Of a stretch of 64,000 bases of DNA, positions 38,818 through 55,065 are shown piece after piece (positions within the stretch are counted from its first letter, which is position 1; each line of letters opens with the position of its first letter). The notes below the pieces were generated by a model. The model ran no database searches. It was given only the letters and a program-made list of their open reading frames with translations, and was not told the DNA's origin. Origin of the DNA: Eledone cirrhosa (Eukaryota); assembly GCA_964016885.1 (NCBI GenBank), contig OZ024743.1:290222001-290286000 (forward strand). Reading direction: 5' to 3'. The position numbers and the translations under genes are program-made.

Positions 38818-39037
38818 GTGGTAGAACACTGGAAGGTAATATCCGTAATGGTAGGGCACACAGTCCATGGGACGTGTTAGTTAGAAGTGGTAACACAACA
38901 GTTAGTTCACCGTACCGAGAACAATTGTTTCACCTTAGCGGATCCTCATCTCGTACGAGCTCGTACGAGCTGGGGATCCGCTAAGGTGAAACAATTGTTC
39001 CCGGTATGGTGAAATAACTTTTGTGTAACCACTTCTA
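38818..39037. mobile_element. Fold-back element C (palindrome 38882-39037, centre 38959/38960) plus a one-sided ~64 bp extension
   Basis: tagaagtgg...ctcgtacgag|ctcgtacgag...ccacttcta, between (TA)n tracts. Confidence 0.85.
38912..39007. ncRNA. Pair of minimal type I hammerhead motifs (- at 38912-38956, + at 38963-39007), each with one core substitution
   Basis: Two-arm consensus: gtacgag CTGAGGA tccgctaaggt GAAA caattg TT ctcggtac. The + arm has CTGGGGA and the - arm ATGAGGA. Confidence 0.7.
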
Positions 39038-39119
39038 TATATATATATATACACACATACACACTCACACACACACACAAACACACACACATACACACAT
39101 ATATATATATATATGTATA

Positions 39120-39878
39120 CTGTTTAATGTTCAGAGCATTCTCGTGTAGCACCCATCCACCATCTGAGTGAGTTTCTTGGTCAGTGACCAAGTCTCAGAC
39201 CCGTACGTTAGCACATATTCCACTGTAGCAACGAAGAGAAACATCTTCTGGTCTTTACGAAGGTCTGACTGACACCTCTATCTCAAATTGTGGCCCACCG
39301 CCTAGGCTTTGCTCTTTCTGTCAACCACACCATCCTCTGTGCTCCCATTCTTTTCTCCCAGATGCAGGAATTTCTTAACCCAACTGTCTTCCCGCCTACA
39401 TTCATAATCTTCTCTCGCTTCTTAATCTTCTCTACCAGATACTTCCTCTTAATCTCATTCGTTCTCAGTCCCACACTCATCGACAAACTCTCAACCTCCT
39501 GAATCAACTCCTCAGCCTCCTTCACTGTGTTTGTGTCTCGAACAACCTACATCTTCAGCAAATTCAGAATCTGATATCTTTTTCGCCTTAACTCTCCTGC
39601 TCTGTCCTGTATGGGGGCTTCCCAAAAGTCAGCTCGAAAGTAACACAGAGAAGACTGAGATTAGATGGACATGCTCACCGAGATTCAGAGTTGACACTGC
39701 ACTTAGTGCACCAGTGGGAGCCACTACAGTGACAAACTAGAAGAGGGAGACCGAGGTTGACCTATGTTGATGTCCTAAGTATAAACACAGGTCTCTTGGA
39801 GATCCAGGACCTGGCGACCATGGTGAAGGACAGAGACCGCTGGAGAGAGTTCACTCATGGATCTCGGGAAATTTATCC

Positions 39879-39882
<4 letters not shown>
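39120..39882. mobile_element. RTE/RTEX-group LINE fragment with 5' inversion (39120-39606 minus, 39607-39882 plus)
   Basis: Minus part: ISDSEFAED, EAEELIQEVES..VGL, YGSETWSLTK..DGCYTRML. Plus part: YGGFPKVS..RRLRLDGH..RRGRPRLTYVDVL..DRDRW. Confidence 0.8.
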
Positions 39883-39920
<38 letters not shown>

Positions 39921-42900
39921 CATATATATATACAGGTACATTTCTCTTTATACATATATTTATGTATGTGTGTATGTCTGTGTGTGTATAAATCTGTACT
40001 AGTGATAATATAAAAAAAGAAACTAGAGGCCGATAATGAATGACTCGTACTCAGTTAAAAATCAGTTGCAGTAGGATGGAGTCAGTGATAAATGTACCAT
40101 AGGATTCTTGAAAATGCTCCATGTCAAGAAATAGATGGCAAATATAAATTTAGCCTTCAATTTCATAATATATGAGTACAGGGTGATAGATTGAATGAAG
40201 TCGCAGTCAACTTCTTATCTGCAGCATGGAAGACCCTCTCGACTATTTATTTTCGTTGAAGAAAAAACAACAATAATCACATAAATGCCAGATACTCATA
40301 AAGTAATGTCCGTAGGAAAAAAAACAAAACAAAACAAAAAAAAACATGTTATCCATATTAAGATTGTTATTCCCAATAAAGTAAGAATTCGTATTTAGAG
40401 ATGTAATTGTCTGGCACATTGGATAAACTATAAACCTCTTACATAATCTCAAACCCCAAAATCTACATAGCTAAAATGACAGTATTCATAATGTTCTTTG
40501 ACAAGACAAAATCAAATAGAGAAACAATAGAAAAACGATTCACGAAAAGGGGAAAATTATTTCTAGCTTTAAAGCCGTCGTTCGTTGTGCACGTGAGTCA
40601 GTGGTAATAAAAGTTACGACGGAATACTGCAATGGCAAGATGAATTATACATCAGTGATAGGCAACGACCTCATGATGAAGACGAAGATAGTTTCTGTGA
40701 AGAATATAAAATATTTTAAAGAAATACATATGCAACCAAGTTACTTAGCCAAACTAATGACAAACTTAATTGAACATATTCTTGCTATTCTTATTCTAAA
40801 ATCGATCCAAGTTTCTAGATATTAAAACATAATATTATACGGAGAGTTTGAATGATTATAACCCTTTTATCCCGTCCATAATAAGAAAGAAACCAACCAG
40901 CATTAGTAGACGCGATAGAAGTCCAACTGAACGCTGCTGCTCTTTTTATAATAATCAGTATTCTGATGAAGTGTCCGAATTATATCCTCAAATACAACGG
41001 AATTATTTTGTTGTTAAATAAGTCCAAGCCCACGGTGTCGATATTTGATTTCGTGTAGAGAGCAATTTTCTAAAATTCACATTTCTAAATAAACAAATTA
41101 AATATTGTAGAACACGACAGTAACTAGATTAAGTTGGATTCAGTTTTGAACGAGTAGAAATATTTCTATTCATCGAGTCGCTGTTGCTATTGATGAGTGT
41201 GAGTATAACAATGTAAGGTTGAAACCATATTCCTTTGAAATATTTATCTCTTATCTAATGGATGTGTCTCACAACAGATAAAGATGAAATTAATGTATTG
41301 CTGCCAACATGGTACCCGTGTGGGCTTCATGGTTTCGGACCTTATATCTGCTCTCGTTTTAATATTATTCAATCATGCTCTCGAAATATGTGTATGTTGG
41401 ATGAAAGGAATGTCACCTATTTCTAATAAGGCCGGTCAAAATACCATTGATGACGATTTCTGAAGACGTTTTGCTACATTTGTGTCGTTGTATTTCCCTT
41501 TATTCCAATGTAAATTTTCATTATTATCAGTTAGTTAGTAATTCTATTAAACTTTAATTGTCTGTAGCATTATCTAAATGCAATAATTTCAAATGTTGTT
41601 TTCACATATAACATGACAGATTAACGTGCCGAAAGATACTTCGAACGATAGATTTACTAAACGAATGTCACACATTTTATTTATGAGATTGTTGCAATTC
41701 TAACCATTCGTCCTTAGCTGTTATACTTCTTAATTAAGAACTAACTACTCCTTTCGAAATGACTGAATCAATCTTAATCCCACAACCTGTACTGGCTATT
41801 GCTTCGCGTCAACACATATATACTTCTTTCATCAACATACTGGGAAATGTGTTAAGTATAATACCATACACTACGATAACTAATGCGTATATTAAACTAT
41901 TGTATGTTAACAACGCGAAAACTTTAATCTTGGTTTAGCGTGATTATAGGGTTATTTACCGATGGTAGTAGAACTATAGTAAGTTAATTATGATCAATGA
42001 GTAAACATAATTAATTGGCTACCTACCATACAGCAAACACCTGAAACTCCAGAGATCTAATCTTGTTAGTTAATGAGTTTGGCAAACGTATGGCTATAAG
42101 ATATTGTTGGTATCAAAATATTACCATAATAGCTATGTTATCTTATGCAGTAAGTTACATGTTTTGTAGGAATTAAATACAAAACTAAATCTAAAGTCAA
42201 ATATGAGAAATATTGTCTCTGATATGAGTGTCACACAGATAAAATATAAACATGCGAGATATAATAGTGTTATATAGCAATTAGTCTATGTTTATAATTT
42301 TCATCACTTATCATGCTTATAATATTCATAACATTTTGTTCGACTTCGTCATATGTACATCAGACTTCATTATTGTTAATTTATAAATCTTAGAGAAACA
42401 GTGTGATTGTGAGGGATAAAAATACCGTTCATTGGTATGGTGTGTGTGTGTGTGTATGCGTGTGTGCGTGCGCGCGTGTATGTGTGTGTGCATGTGTGTG
42501 TATGGGTGTGTGTGGGTGTGTGGGTGTGTGCGTGCGCGTGCGTGTGTGCGTGTAATTGAATGCCTGGGCTAAATTTCGTTTTATGCGAATCTTATGCGAA
42601 ATAGAATTACTGCCATCGTTATGTTTATCTAACATTATCAAATTATCAGTTGAACAATTTATAATGTTCGTTAACTGCCTCCAAATAACATTGGATGTAT
42701 ATTAGTTATTACCATATAACATTTTTAGAGCTTTTGAAATGACACATCTTATGCAATTAATCTCACTAGAGCTGTAAATTTAACTTTATTTCATTCTTCA
42801 GATCATAGTTTATGGGGTAGAAGTAGATTTTTTTAATTTAATTGAAAAGTATATGTATATTGTTCTCTGAAGCCTTCATAGTGTAGAGGGTAAACAAACT

Positions 42901-43064
42901 TAGTCACATAGAAAAACGCCACACATTAGATAACACTTGTTTGTGAATGACTTTAATGCAGCTGGGCCAAAGTGTCGTTTATAAACTTCAATAGAGGACA
43001 ATCTCACAAATGCTCACACCAATCAATTTATCAATAATCCATCTATCCCTCCTGCAATCTCCCC

Positions 43065-45414
<2,350 letters not shown>

Positions 45415-45416
<2 letters not shown>

Positions 45417-46318
45417 TTAGAAATAGAAGCGAGGACTATCCGTCAACAGTTGTCTACTAGCCATCATAGGTATTTCTTCGCATTACAGTTCATATTCCTC
45501 AGGCTAGGGGCGATGCAATAACTAAAGTAAGTTATTGGGATAAAAAGAGTTGGGTTGAGAAAGAGAGACGGCTAAACAAACACGAATGGTGAGGCAACAT
45601 AAAGAGAGGAAAAAATGAGAAAATCAAATCAATAATTCATTTTGTACATAATAACGTGCGAATAGTGACGAGAAGGCGAAATACATATTTTGGCCGCGCG
45701 AATGTGAGCGCGGAAAGAATTTGGTACGGTGTGGGACGATGGAGGAAGGGAGAGAGAGAGGGTGATTAGCAGAGAGTGAGTGAGTGAAAGTGTGAGGAAG
45801 AGGCTAGCCGAGAGAGGGTGCCTAGCAGAGGGGGTGAGTGAAAGTAAGGGGGAGAAGGAGATATAATGGGGAGAGAGAAAGAGGATAGTAGTAAGGGAAA
45901 AGAAAAAGAAGACAGGTCACAGCGAAGTGGAAAGTATATAGGAAGAAAAAATGGCGAGCTGTGTTGTTACAAATAGGATATATATAAAAATGAAGAATTA
46001 GAAATAGAAGCCACGACTATCTGTCATCAGTGGTCTACTAGCCAGCATAGGTATTTCTTCGTATTACAGACCATATACCTCAGGCTAGGGCGATGCATAA
46101 CTAAGATAAGTTATTGGGATAAAAAGAGTTGGGTGGAGAAAGAGAGACAGGTAAACAAACACGAATGGTGAGGCAACGTAAAGAGAGGACAAAATGAGAA
46201 AATCAAGTCAATAATTCATTTTGAACATAAGAACGTGCGAATATTGACAAGAAGACGAAGGACACATCTTGGCCGGGCGAATGTGAGCGAGGAAAAAATT
46301 TCGTACGGTGGGGGACGA
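45415..46318. repeat. Two ~325 bp direct repeats (45415-45739, 45996-46318; period 581 bp) around a purine-rich spacer
   Basis: aattagaaatagaagc...ggtacggtg.gggacga occurs twice. Confidence 0.9.
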
Positions 46319-46894
46319 AATATATATATATTCTCATGTCATTATAGAGGGCTACAGGTAACAGTTAACCCAGTAAAATATGTCGTCACTGACAAAATAT
46401 TTAAACGCACCAGGCTTGCAAAGTGTGGAAAGTGAATGTTGGACATGGTACAGGACTTCGACTAAAACGGAAGAACTTAGGAGAGTTAATGTCCATCAAA
46501 TCATGTGTATTGAAAACAGGCAGACAGAGGTCGTTGGTCTTGGTTGGAATTATGTATAAGTTTTGGGGCATATGAGATTCCTTTTATATGTTGTGATGGA
46601 TATGGATGGGCGGCAGCTCATTTGCCAGCTTCCGAGTAATGGTAATATTTTGCCCTGGGTACTTAGAACCTTACCTAGGCTTGACATTATTCATTAATCG
46701 TGGGATATATATGGCCCTGACGTTAGACATGAGCTAATACATTCCACTACGACCGTTTGTCCGTCTAAAATGGATTTTCAAATCTGCAGTGAATGACCAT
46801 ATATTTGAACATTATATTTCTGGTGAAGTTGATGAAATTACATGCGTATTATCGGCAGGTACATAAAGAAAGTAAATGAGATAAAGAAAGTGAC

Positions 46895-49195
46895 ATTCCT
46901 ATTGGTACTTTATTTATCGATCCCAAAATACTTTAAAGGCTAAACTGGCACCAATAGCGTTTGAACTCAATGAGCCGGAGATAATACCTCAAAGCCTTCT
47001 CTGGGGAGCCTCTAATGACAGTGCAAATCTTCTGCTTCTCATACACACTCACATACACATATGAAACACTCAGGATAACAATTTTATTGACAAAACAATA
47101 AAACGTTCAATTACAAAAATAGCTTCAGTTTTTATTTTCAGTTAAATAATAATCACAACAAAGATCGCCAGAAAAATAACACAAAACTACTTTTCTTCTT
47201 TTTCCATTTTTTATCTGTTCTTTTAGTTGTTATTTTTTATACTTCTTTCCTTCTTCATATTCATTTAAATTATATTTTCCATTTCGCCGCTATTCTTTCC
47301 TTTTTGGCCTATTATTTTCTTTGTTAACTTTTCTATTTATTTCTTAATTTTCCTTTTAAGATTTTCTACTTTTCTGCTTTTTTCTCTTTCTTATTCCTAT
47401 CATGCAATTAGATATACAACCTCAGGCTAATAAAATGTTAAGTGTTTCGATAATGGTTAAGAAAAATAGGAAGAAGACTATAATAACAATGATAATTATC
47501 GTGTTGATAAGGATAACAATGATAATTGTTTCAAATTTAAGCACAGGGTCAGCAATTGAAAATATAGTGTATTTCGCTGCCGCTTCATTTAATTGAGTCT
47601 AGAATGATGAAGTCAAAGTTGAGTTCTGTGAAATTTGAATTCAGGAGGTAAAGCATCAGAAAAACGATTCCAACTATTTCATCTAGTGCTTTAACGATTC
47701 TTCTCACACAAAATATTATCATTATCAATAATATTAGTAGTTTTATGATTGTGTTTCAGCTCTGTGTTTTCAGCAGCGTTGTTTTGGTTGTTTATAGTTC
47801 TATTGAATATAGAGTACTGATCGTAATGTGTGCAGTGCATAGTTGTGATATTTTATGTATACAATATATATTTGTTAGTCCTGAAGGTTATTATGATAAT
47901 AATTATTATTAATGTTATTCCAGGGCATCGGTAAAATACGGCCGATACATATGGACCTTTACGATCTGAGTTCAATCCCACCGAGTTTTGTTTTCCCTTT
48001 CTTTCTAAAAGGGTCCATAAAATACCAGTAATGCATTGGAGTCGATTTAATAAACTTTCCCTTCTCCCAAAATTGTTGACCTAGTGCTTGAATCAGAAAC
48101 CATTATTAAATGCTGGCCTGTGCCAAAAGTAGAAGATTATTAATATTACTAATATTATTAGTGAGGCAAATTGGTAGTATCGGTAGAGGGTCGGACGCCA
48201 TGCTTTCCAGCATAGAGTTACGCTCCTTTATGGTCTGAGTTCAAATCCCGCCGAGGTTAACTTTGCCTTTCATCCTTACGGGCTCGATAAAATAAAGTAC
48301 CAGTAATCCACTGGGATAATTGCTTGTCTTGTGCCAATAGTAGAGACAATTATTACTAATACTTTGAGTAGTATCAGAGCATCAGGAAATATACTTTGAA
48401 TCATATAGTTATCACCCTTTAAGTTCTTAGTTCAGATCCCTACGAGATTAGTTTCATCTTTCATCTTTACGGGGGTGACGAAATAAACTACCTGTATGGC
48501 ACTGACAAATATTTATTCGATTATCTCTTTCTTTTCAGATTACTGAACGTTTGGAAAATGTAGAAAAATAATTACTATTATTGTATATTTTCACTGTGCA
48601 TGGCTACTGTTTTACCGATAACAGCCCTGTGTGTCTTGGATAAGTGCAATGCTGTTTTGGGGGCTATTTTTTCTATTACTTTAAGAGTACTCTTCGTGAT
48701 AATTGCATATTGTCTATCTGCTATTTTCTGTATGCTGTAATACCTAAATTTTTGGTTCTGTATTTGTCTCTGTTATTGTTTATCATTCAGAGATCATTTA
48801 TTATTATACAGCATGTTTCTGTCTTCATCATGCACATTCAAGTTATTTTTATTTCCAGATATTTGGATAATTTCTCCCTTTGCTTCATGGATATAATGTG
48901 GACTAGTAGAAGTTCATTTTATTGTGGTCTTTGACTAAAATATCTGGTATGTTAGCATATTCCATACTACAGTTGCTTTATTATTCTCTGACAAATGTTC
49001 TGGTGTATATTTGAACCATTGTTTCTGCTCATATTTCGTATGGTTGGGATAACTTATAGTTATTATTGTTATCCTTATTCCTGCCTTTCATCCTTTCGAG
49101 GTCGATAATATAAAGTACCAGTTACAAATTCATTTAATCGATTTTCCCCTCAACCAAAACAACTTTGCTGGCCGTCTGCTTAAATCAGAAAACAA
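46895..49195. mobile_element. Cluster of SINE copies (~46895-47040 -, 47530-47700 -, 47920-48100 +, 48163-48350 +, 48360-48570 +, 49080-49195 +) with TAA tails
   Basis: Repeated gagttcaaatcc and cctttcatcctt..ggggtcgataa..agtaccag motifs at varying divergence. Confidence 0.8.
48590..49060 (-). mobile_element. Decayed R4/Dong 3' fragment
   Basis: Minus strand QWFKYTPEHLSENNKATVVWN resembles the WYKYHP...VTILWD region of the other Dong copies. Confidence 0.4.
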
Positions 49196-49217
49196 TGTTT
49201 TTATTATTATTATTATT

Positions 49218-52200
49218 GGTCTAAGCGGACGTATTTTGCTCGCTCCCAGTAAGTCGCTTTATTTGCCTGTTAAAATTATTTGTTGTTAAATATTTCTTGT
49301 TGTGTAAGGGATATAAGCCCTTAGACTTTGCCCGTGAATGGGAAAGTATAATATTTGGGACTTTTGGTCCAAATATTTGAACTTTTTTTACATGTTAAAA
49401 AATTTACGAAGAAAAAAAAAACATGGCTAGCCACGCCCCCCCCCCCCCAGCGATATGTCTGCTGTCGTGCGACAATGACGTAATAGTTGAGAGGAGCGCT
49501 ACAGCGACATTAACACACATTGATAACACAAATACCACCACAAACAATGTAAACAAAGACACACATGATACCAATGAGAACTCTAATTTTGTAAAAAAAT
49601 GACAGTAACAGCGACAACGAAAATACAGATAAAAAAAAAAAAAAAAATGACAAATGCAACAATATCAACACCACTAACATGAAAACAAATAGTGACAACA
49701 CCAACACCAACAATACCAACTGCACCGAGAACAACGGTGGCAACAAAGACAAGAATGATAACAGCGACAGTGCTAACAACAACATCAACAAGCACAACGA
49801 CAGCAACACCCCCAACGAAAACAAGAAGTACATTTTCGCTGCGGCAGCAGCAAAAAAGAGGCCATGCTTCAACATGGACCTCTCAAACAAAGATGAAAAG
49901 TTGGCCCAGGCATGGAAGTTCTTCAAGCAAGAGCAAACTTGGGCCAACTTAACTGTCCCGGTAGAAGCTATTGAGGCAGTGGAGCGCAAAACGGTGCATT
50001 ATAGATGCATCTCAGCACAAACTAAAAGGGCAGCTTTAATCCCACAAGAAGATGTCGAAGTCGAGCTGAGGTGCATCAGAGAAGACACCCAGTACATAGA
50101 GAGGGGCAGACAGTACGGCACCATTTCGGTGTTGTTCAAGTCAGAAGCCCTCGCTATGAAACACGCTGACTCCTTGCAAAACCAGCAAGGTCATAATGTA
50201 CTCCTCCCACATGGGAAAAATAACGGCCCGTCTCTGCATTCCCAGAATCCCACCAGGACTTGACATGTGGTGACTTCTGGGATGTGTGATTGTGGAGGGG
50301 ACGGATACAGTCCCTATAGAAGTGACCAGAACGGCCAGAGAGGAATGGTCCGGGGTTGACCTGGAGATCCTTCTCCAGATCAGGCCCGAGAACGTGAAGA
50401 CAATCCCGGACCACACCCGCCTTCAGAATGGGACGGTCATTCACATTATAACCGAAGGCTAAAGGCCGCAGTGTTTTGTTTGTGGGGGAAAAAAACATTT
50501 GCGAGCCTTCTGCCCTCAACTGCTGAAAGAGGCATGGGGTCGAAAGGCTCCACTGCTGCCGACGCCGGGGCGAGGAACACAACCAACACCATCACCGGCA
50601 AAACCACCAACAACAACACCAATAGAAAGACCACCACTAACATTGACCACCCAGGGTGGAAACGAGGAAAGCTGTCAAATTCTCCCTCCCCCCAAAAAAT
50701 ACACACACCAATAAAACCGTAAACATAGATACAGATACACTTACAGACACAGACCCCTCATTTACCAGGAGTGATAATGAGGGAAATCCAAAATCCCCCA
50801 AAATACAAAAAAGGAAACACAAAAAGAAAAAAAAAACTCAACAAATCACAAAAGCACCCACAATAAAAAACGCAGACACCACCCACGCAAACATCTCTCC
50901 AATAACACCAACATCAACACCACCATCACCATCACCATAATCCCCCAAACGCAAATAACGAAGCAGACGTAAGAACAAATATGCACACAAACATCTGAAA
51001 TCACAGACACCGCACTCACAACAAACACAGATACAACCGAAACAACACCACCAAAACCATCACCACCACAGCCACGCAAACATATAAAATCACACCAACA
51101 AACCATTCAAAACTTCGTGCTCGTCAGGAGGGCCAACAAGGAACTGATGGCCCTCGTAGCACGAAGTGAAAATATACAAAAAGAGGGGGACATTTTTAAA
51201 TCGAGCACATTTCGCGTGCCGGAAGATTTGGATCTGGTGCGAATGTCGCTCGACATATTCAAAGAAATATGAGACAGCTTTCCACTGGACGTGGGAACCC
51301 CGAAACTAAAACCCACTTCAAGACTATTAAAGGGGTTCCCAAAAGAAACCCCACTAACTATGGAGGTCGAACAACCCGACCTTCAGAAGAGCCCGGAAGG
51401 TAAGTAAACCTTCCTCTCTCTCTGTTTAACCTGCCAACATGGCCGTATTAAGAGTAGGATGTTTAACTGTTTGAGGCCTGGGATCGTCCTGGAAGCAGGG
51501 TCGCCTGCTCAACGACCTCAGGTCTTTTGAAATGGATGTAATTGCAGTCAGCGAGACCAGGATTTCCGACACGCGCGCACTAGCCTCCATTTTCGATGAC
51601 TATCAGATCTTTGCATCTGATTGCCGGCCGGGAATGGGAGGCGGAGTGGCAGTGCTGTTTAGGAAAGGCCTGGATCTCGAGGTATAGTCGATCTTCCGGG
51701 ACCTGGCCGGGAAGTTAGTGGTCCTGGACGTGAACAATAATGAAGGTGGTTCCTTTAGACTGGTGGCCGTCTATGCTCCTACTGGGGCAGGACGGCCGGA
51801 CTTCTTTAGACGTCTGGAAGCCTTTCTGGGTACGTCTCGCCCTTTACAGTTAGCGGGGGACTGGAACGGTTTCTGCGACGCACGCTGGGACTGGGGGGGG
51901 GGGTGCAAAAGCCTCAAGAACCTGATCAGCCAGTTCCAACTGTCTGACAGGTACCGACTAGATTTCCCTAATGCGCCAGTGTAGACCTGGGCTAACCGCA
52001 TTGGGTCATCTAGATTGTATATAGACAGGATATTCATTAGGAAAATAGACAGAAATAGTGTAAGCTGTCCACGTTTTGAAACGGTCACCTATTCAGATCA
52101 CAAGTTTGTGATCTGTATGGTCAACGTAGATAAGATGCGTAGGTTAGTACCTGGTCATTTCCGGCACGTAAGGATTACAGGGGCCAGGTCAACAATTTAG

Positions 52201-55045
52201 TTAAGAAAAAAGTTGACAGGGTGAGTCGTCAACAATAGATGGTGGGGGCTCTCAACAGAGAGATTAGAGTAATGTCGATAGAGTTTAGCAAAGAAGTAGC
52301 ATTAGAGAAAAATAGAAAGGAGGGGGAGTTGGTAGATAAGTTAGACGAGGCTATTGGTAGTGGCATTGCAACTGATGTGCTAGCGGCGAGAATGGCATTA
52401 GACCATTTCTTCAATGTCAAACACAAAGGTTGCATTGTCAGAGGGCACCAAAGTTGTTCGATAGGCCCGCGCGGCAGAGGCGCAGCGTGGTAATAAAATC
52501 ACGATTCGGTATTTGACGGACCGAGACGGGCACGAGCTGAGCGATTCCAAGAGGATGTATGAGGCCTTTCGCCAACATTTTGCTCGGTTGTTCGGGGGAA
52601 GTGGCGTGTCAGAGATGGTGGCGGACTTCAGTCCCTACCTCGATGGCTGTCCGCAACTCTCGACGGCTGACGCTGGGCGCTGCGAAAGGCCAATTACTTC
52701 AGCCGAGATTCAGGATGCCCTTGTCGGCTGCATGAGGCGCAATTCACCCGGTTTGGATGGTCTGCCCTACGAGCTTTACGTAAATATGCCAGACTTATTC
52801 TCCAATCTCCTCGAAGCCCTCTACTGCAACTGACAGCAAAACGGGAGTATTTCCAGTTCTGTGAGCCGGGGCGTAGTGACGCTGATAAGGAAAGACGAGA
52901 ATAAGAGGGACACATTAGACAATTTCAGGTACATAACTCTGCTCAACACAGAGTTTAAGATTTTGGCCAGGGTGTTAGCGAAGAGGTTGGCGCTTGTCGT
53001 CGGGGATTTGGTTGGGGAGGCGCAATCTTGCGCAATCCCAACCATGTCCAATCACTATAACCTCCACCTAATGCGATACATCATAAAGAGGGTGGGGTGT
53101 AAACCTGGCTTCGGTGGGGCTCTAATCAATTTAGATCAATCAAAAGCATTCAATAGGGTCGACCATCGGTACCTGGAGGCTGTCTTAAAGGCGGCTGGCT
53201 TCGGCCCCGTCTTCAGCAATGCACAGCGGTACCTGCTATGGTCAAAATTAATAGCCACCTCTCAGAACCGTTTCAGGTCTCCCGATCGGTACGTCAATGG
53301 TGCCCTCTCTCCTCCCATTCTGTACGTATTGACTCTCGAGCCTTTACTGCGGAAGCTGGAGCTTTTGCAGGGCATCCCGCTCGAACCGGGACACGGAAAG
53401 GCTGTGTCGGCTTATGCGGACGACATCACCGTGATGGTGTCGGACACCTCAGAAATCGAGGTGTTCGGCAAATTATTGGAGGAATATGAAAGGTTGACGG
53501 GAGCAAAACTTTAACACGGAAAAGTCAGTGGGCTTGCAACTCGGCACCTGGAGGAGCAAGTCCATGCCGTCCAACAGCGTCGTTAGGCGCTGGACGGATG
53601 GACCGGTAAAGTTGCTAGGGGTTTGGTTCGGGCCTGACCTCCAGGTGGATTAGAATTGGGACGAGGTGACGGGCAGGGTAGTCAATCTCACCCAGAAATA
53701 GGCTGGGATGAAGCTATCACTGGAAGGTCGGGCGGAGGTGGCGAACGCGTACATCGCGTCTGTCATCAACTACCGTCTGACTGTCGTCCCTTGCCCCCGT
53801 TCGCGCCTCGCCATCTTGGAGCGGCACCTCTTCAAATTCTTGTGGAGGGGTCAGATTCCGCTGGTGAGGTGGTCCATCTGCTGCCAGCACCCTCTACGTG
53901 GAGGGTTGGGCATGCCGTGGCTAATGATGCGCAGACACGCGCTGATGCTGCGGCAGCTCCAGATATTCTGCCTAAACGGTGAACAGGTGTGGTCGCCGTT
54001 TGTCAGGCGGGCCTTTCCGCAGCTCGTTTATTTGACTGAGTTGCAGTCCTGGGTCATGAAGAGACCGAAACTGGGTGACTGGCATCTGGAATGTTGCCAG
54101 GCACTCACTGCCCTCTACCAGGCGAGAAATGCGGTCAGTGGAACTTCCACTCTCGAGTTCTATAGAGGATTAGTGGTGGGCAAGTGCGACGACGCACTCG
54201 GAGAGGCTCTGGGAGTCAACGAAGTCAAACTAACCAGTCTATACCGGAGGACGTTCGAGCCGGGGACGATGAATAATTTCCAAAAATCCCTCGCTTGGCA
54301 GTGCTACCGGGAGCACTGCCTGTTCAGGATAAACTCTACAGGCACGGAAGTGCTGACAGCCGGACCTGCCCGAGATGCGCACAGAGCGACGAAACCGTTC
54401 TGCACGCACTCGTCCAGTGTCCGTGCATTACTGACTTGTGGAGTTATGTTGAACAGCTGTTGTCGCATGTAGAACGGATCCGGCTATCGGCCGAGTCCAT
54501 AGTGAAGATCGACCCGCCGCCTTCTTTTGGCCAGGAAGGGCAGGCAATGTTCCTCTGTCTGGTGGCAGTAGCGAAAGAGGTTGTATAGTGGACGAGATTG
54601 AAAGGACTGAAGACAGACACTTTTCTCTTCGGCCAATCCCTCATCAACTTTTTCAAGTTTCACTTGGAAAGGAAGGTGAGGGTGGAGAGAGAAGTGCTGC
54701 CACCCAGTACATTTGCTGAAAGGTGGCTGAATGTGGCGAGAATGGCCCGTGTGAGTGGGCCTAGTCTGGTCATGCGGCTGTAGGTAGGTAAATTTGAAGA
54801 GGAGAGGGGTGTCCTTCCAGGGTGTTCTCGAAACGTCGGGTCGTTCAGGACTAATGGGGTACCTGAGCGAACCCTAGGTGTTCACCCCCCTCTTGGGGAA
54901 TTTTTTCTTGTAATTTTCTTGTTACTTTATTGTTACTTTGTTATTGTTATTCATATTGTTTACTCGATTTCTCTGTAAAACTCTACTGTCCCAGTCTTCT
55001 GTATTGTCCCCTATATGTCGGCCCTTGTAGACAATAAATGAAATC
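49218..55045 (+). mobile_element. Full-length L1/Tx1-type LINE A, inactivated (ORF1 ~49650-51410 with CCHC knuckle; ORF2 51439-54783 APE-RT-Cys finger)
   Basis: RPQCFVCGEK..H..C; VIAVSETR, AVYAPTG, GDWN, YIDRIF, SDHK; SPGLDGLPYELY, ITLLNTEFKILA, LDQSKAFNRV, AYADDIT; CPRC..ETVLHAL..C; AATAAA then (ATT)n. Confidence 0.92.
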
Positions 55046-55065
55046 ATTATTATTATTATTATTTA

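Noticed and set aside
40958-41000. Isolated gtattCTGATGA...aatac motif, and similarly CTGACGA at ~10572
   Set aside because: No GAAA-stem III-UH in the correct position.
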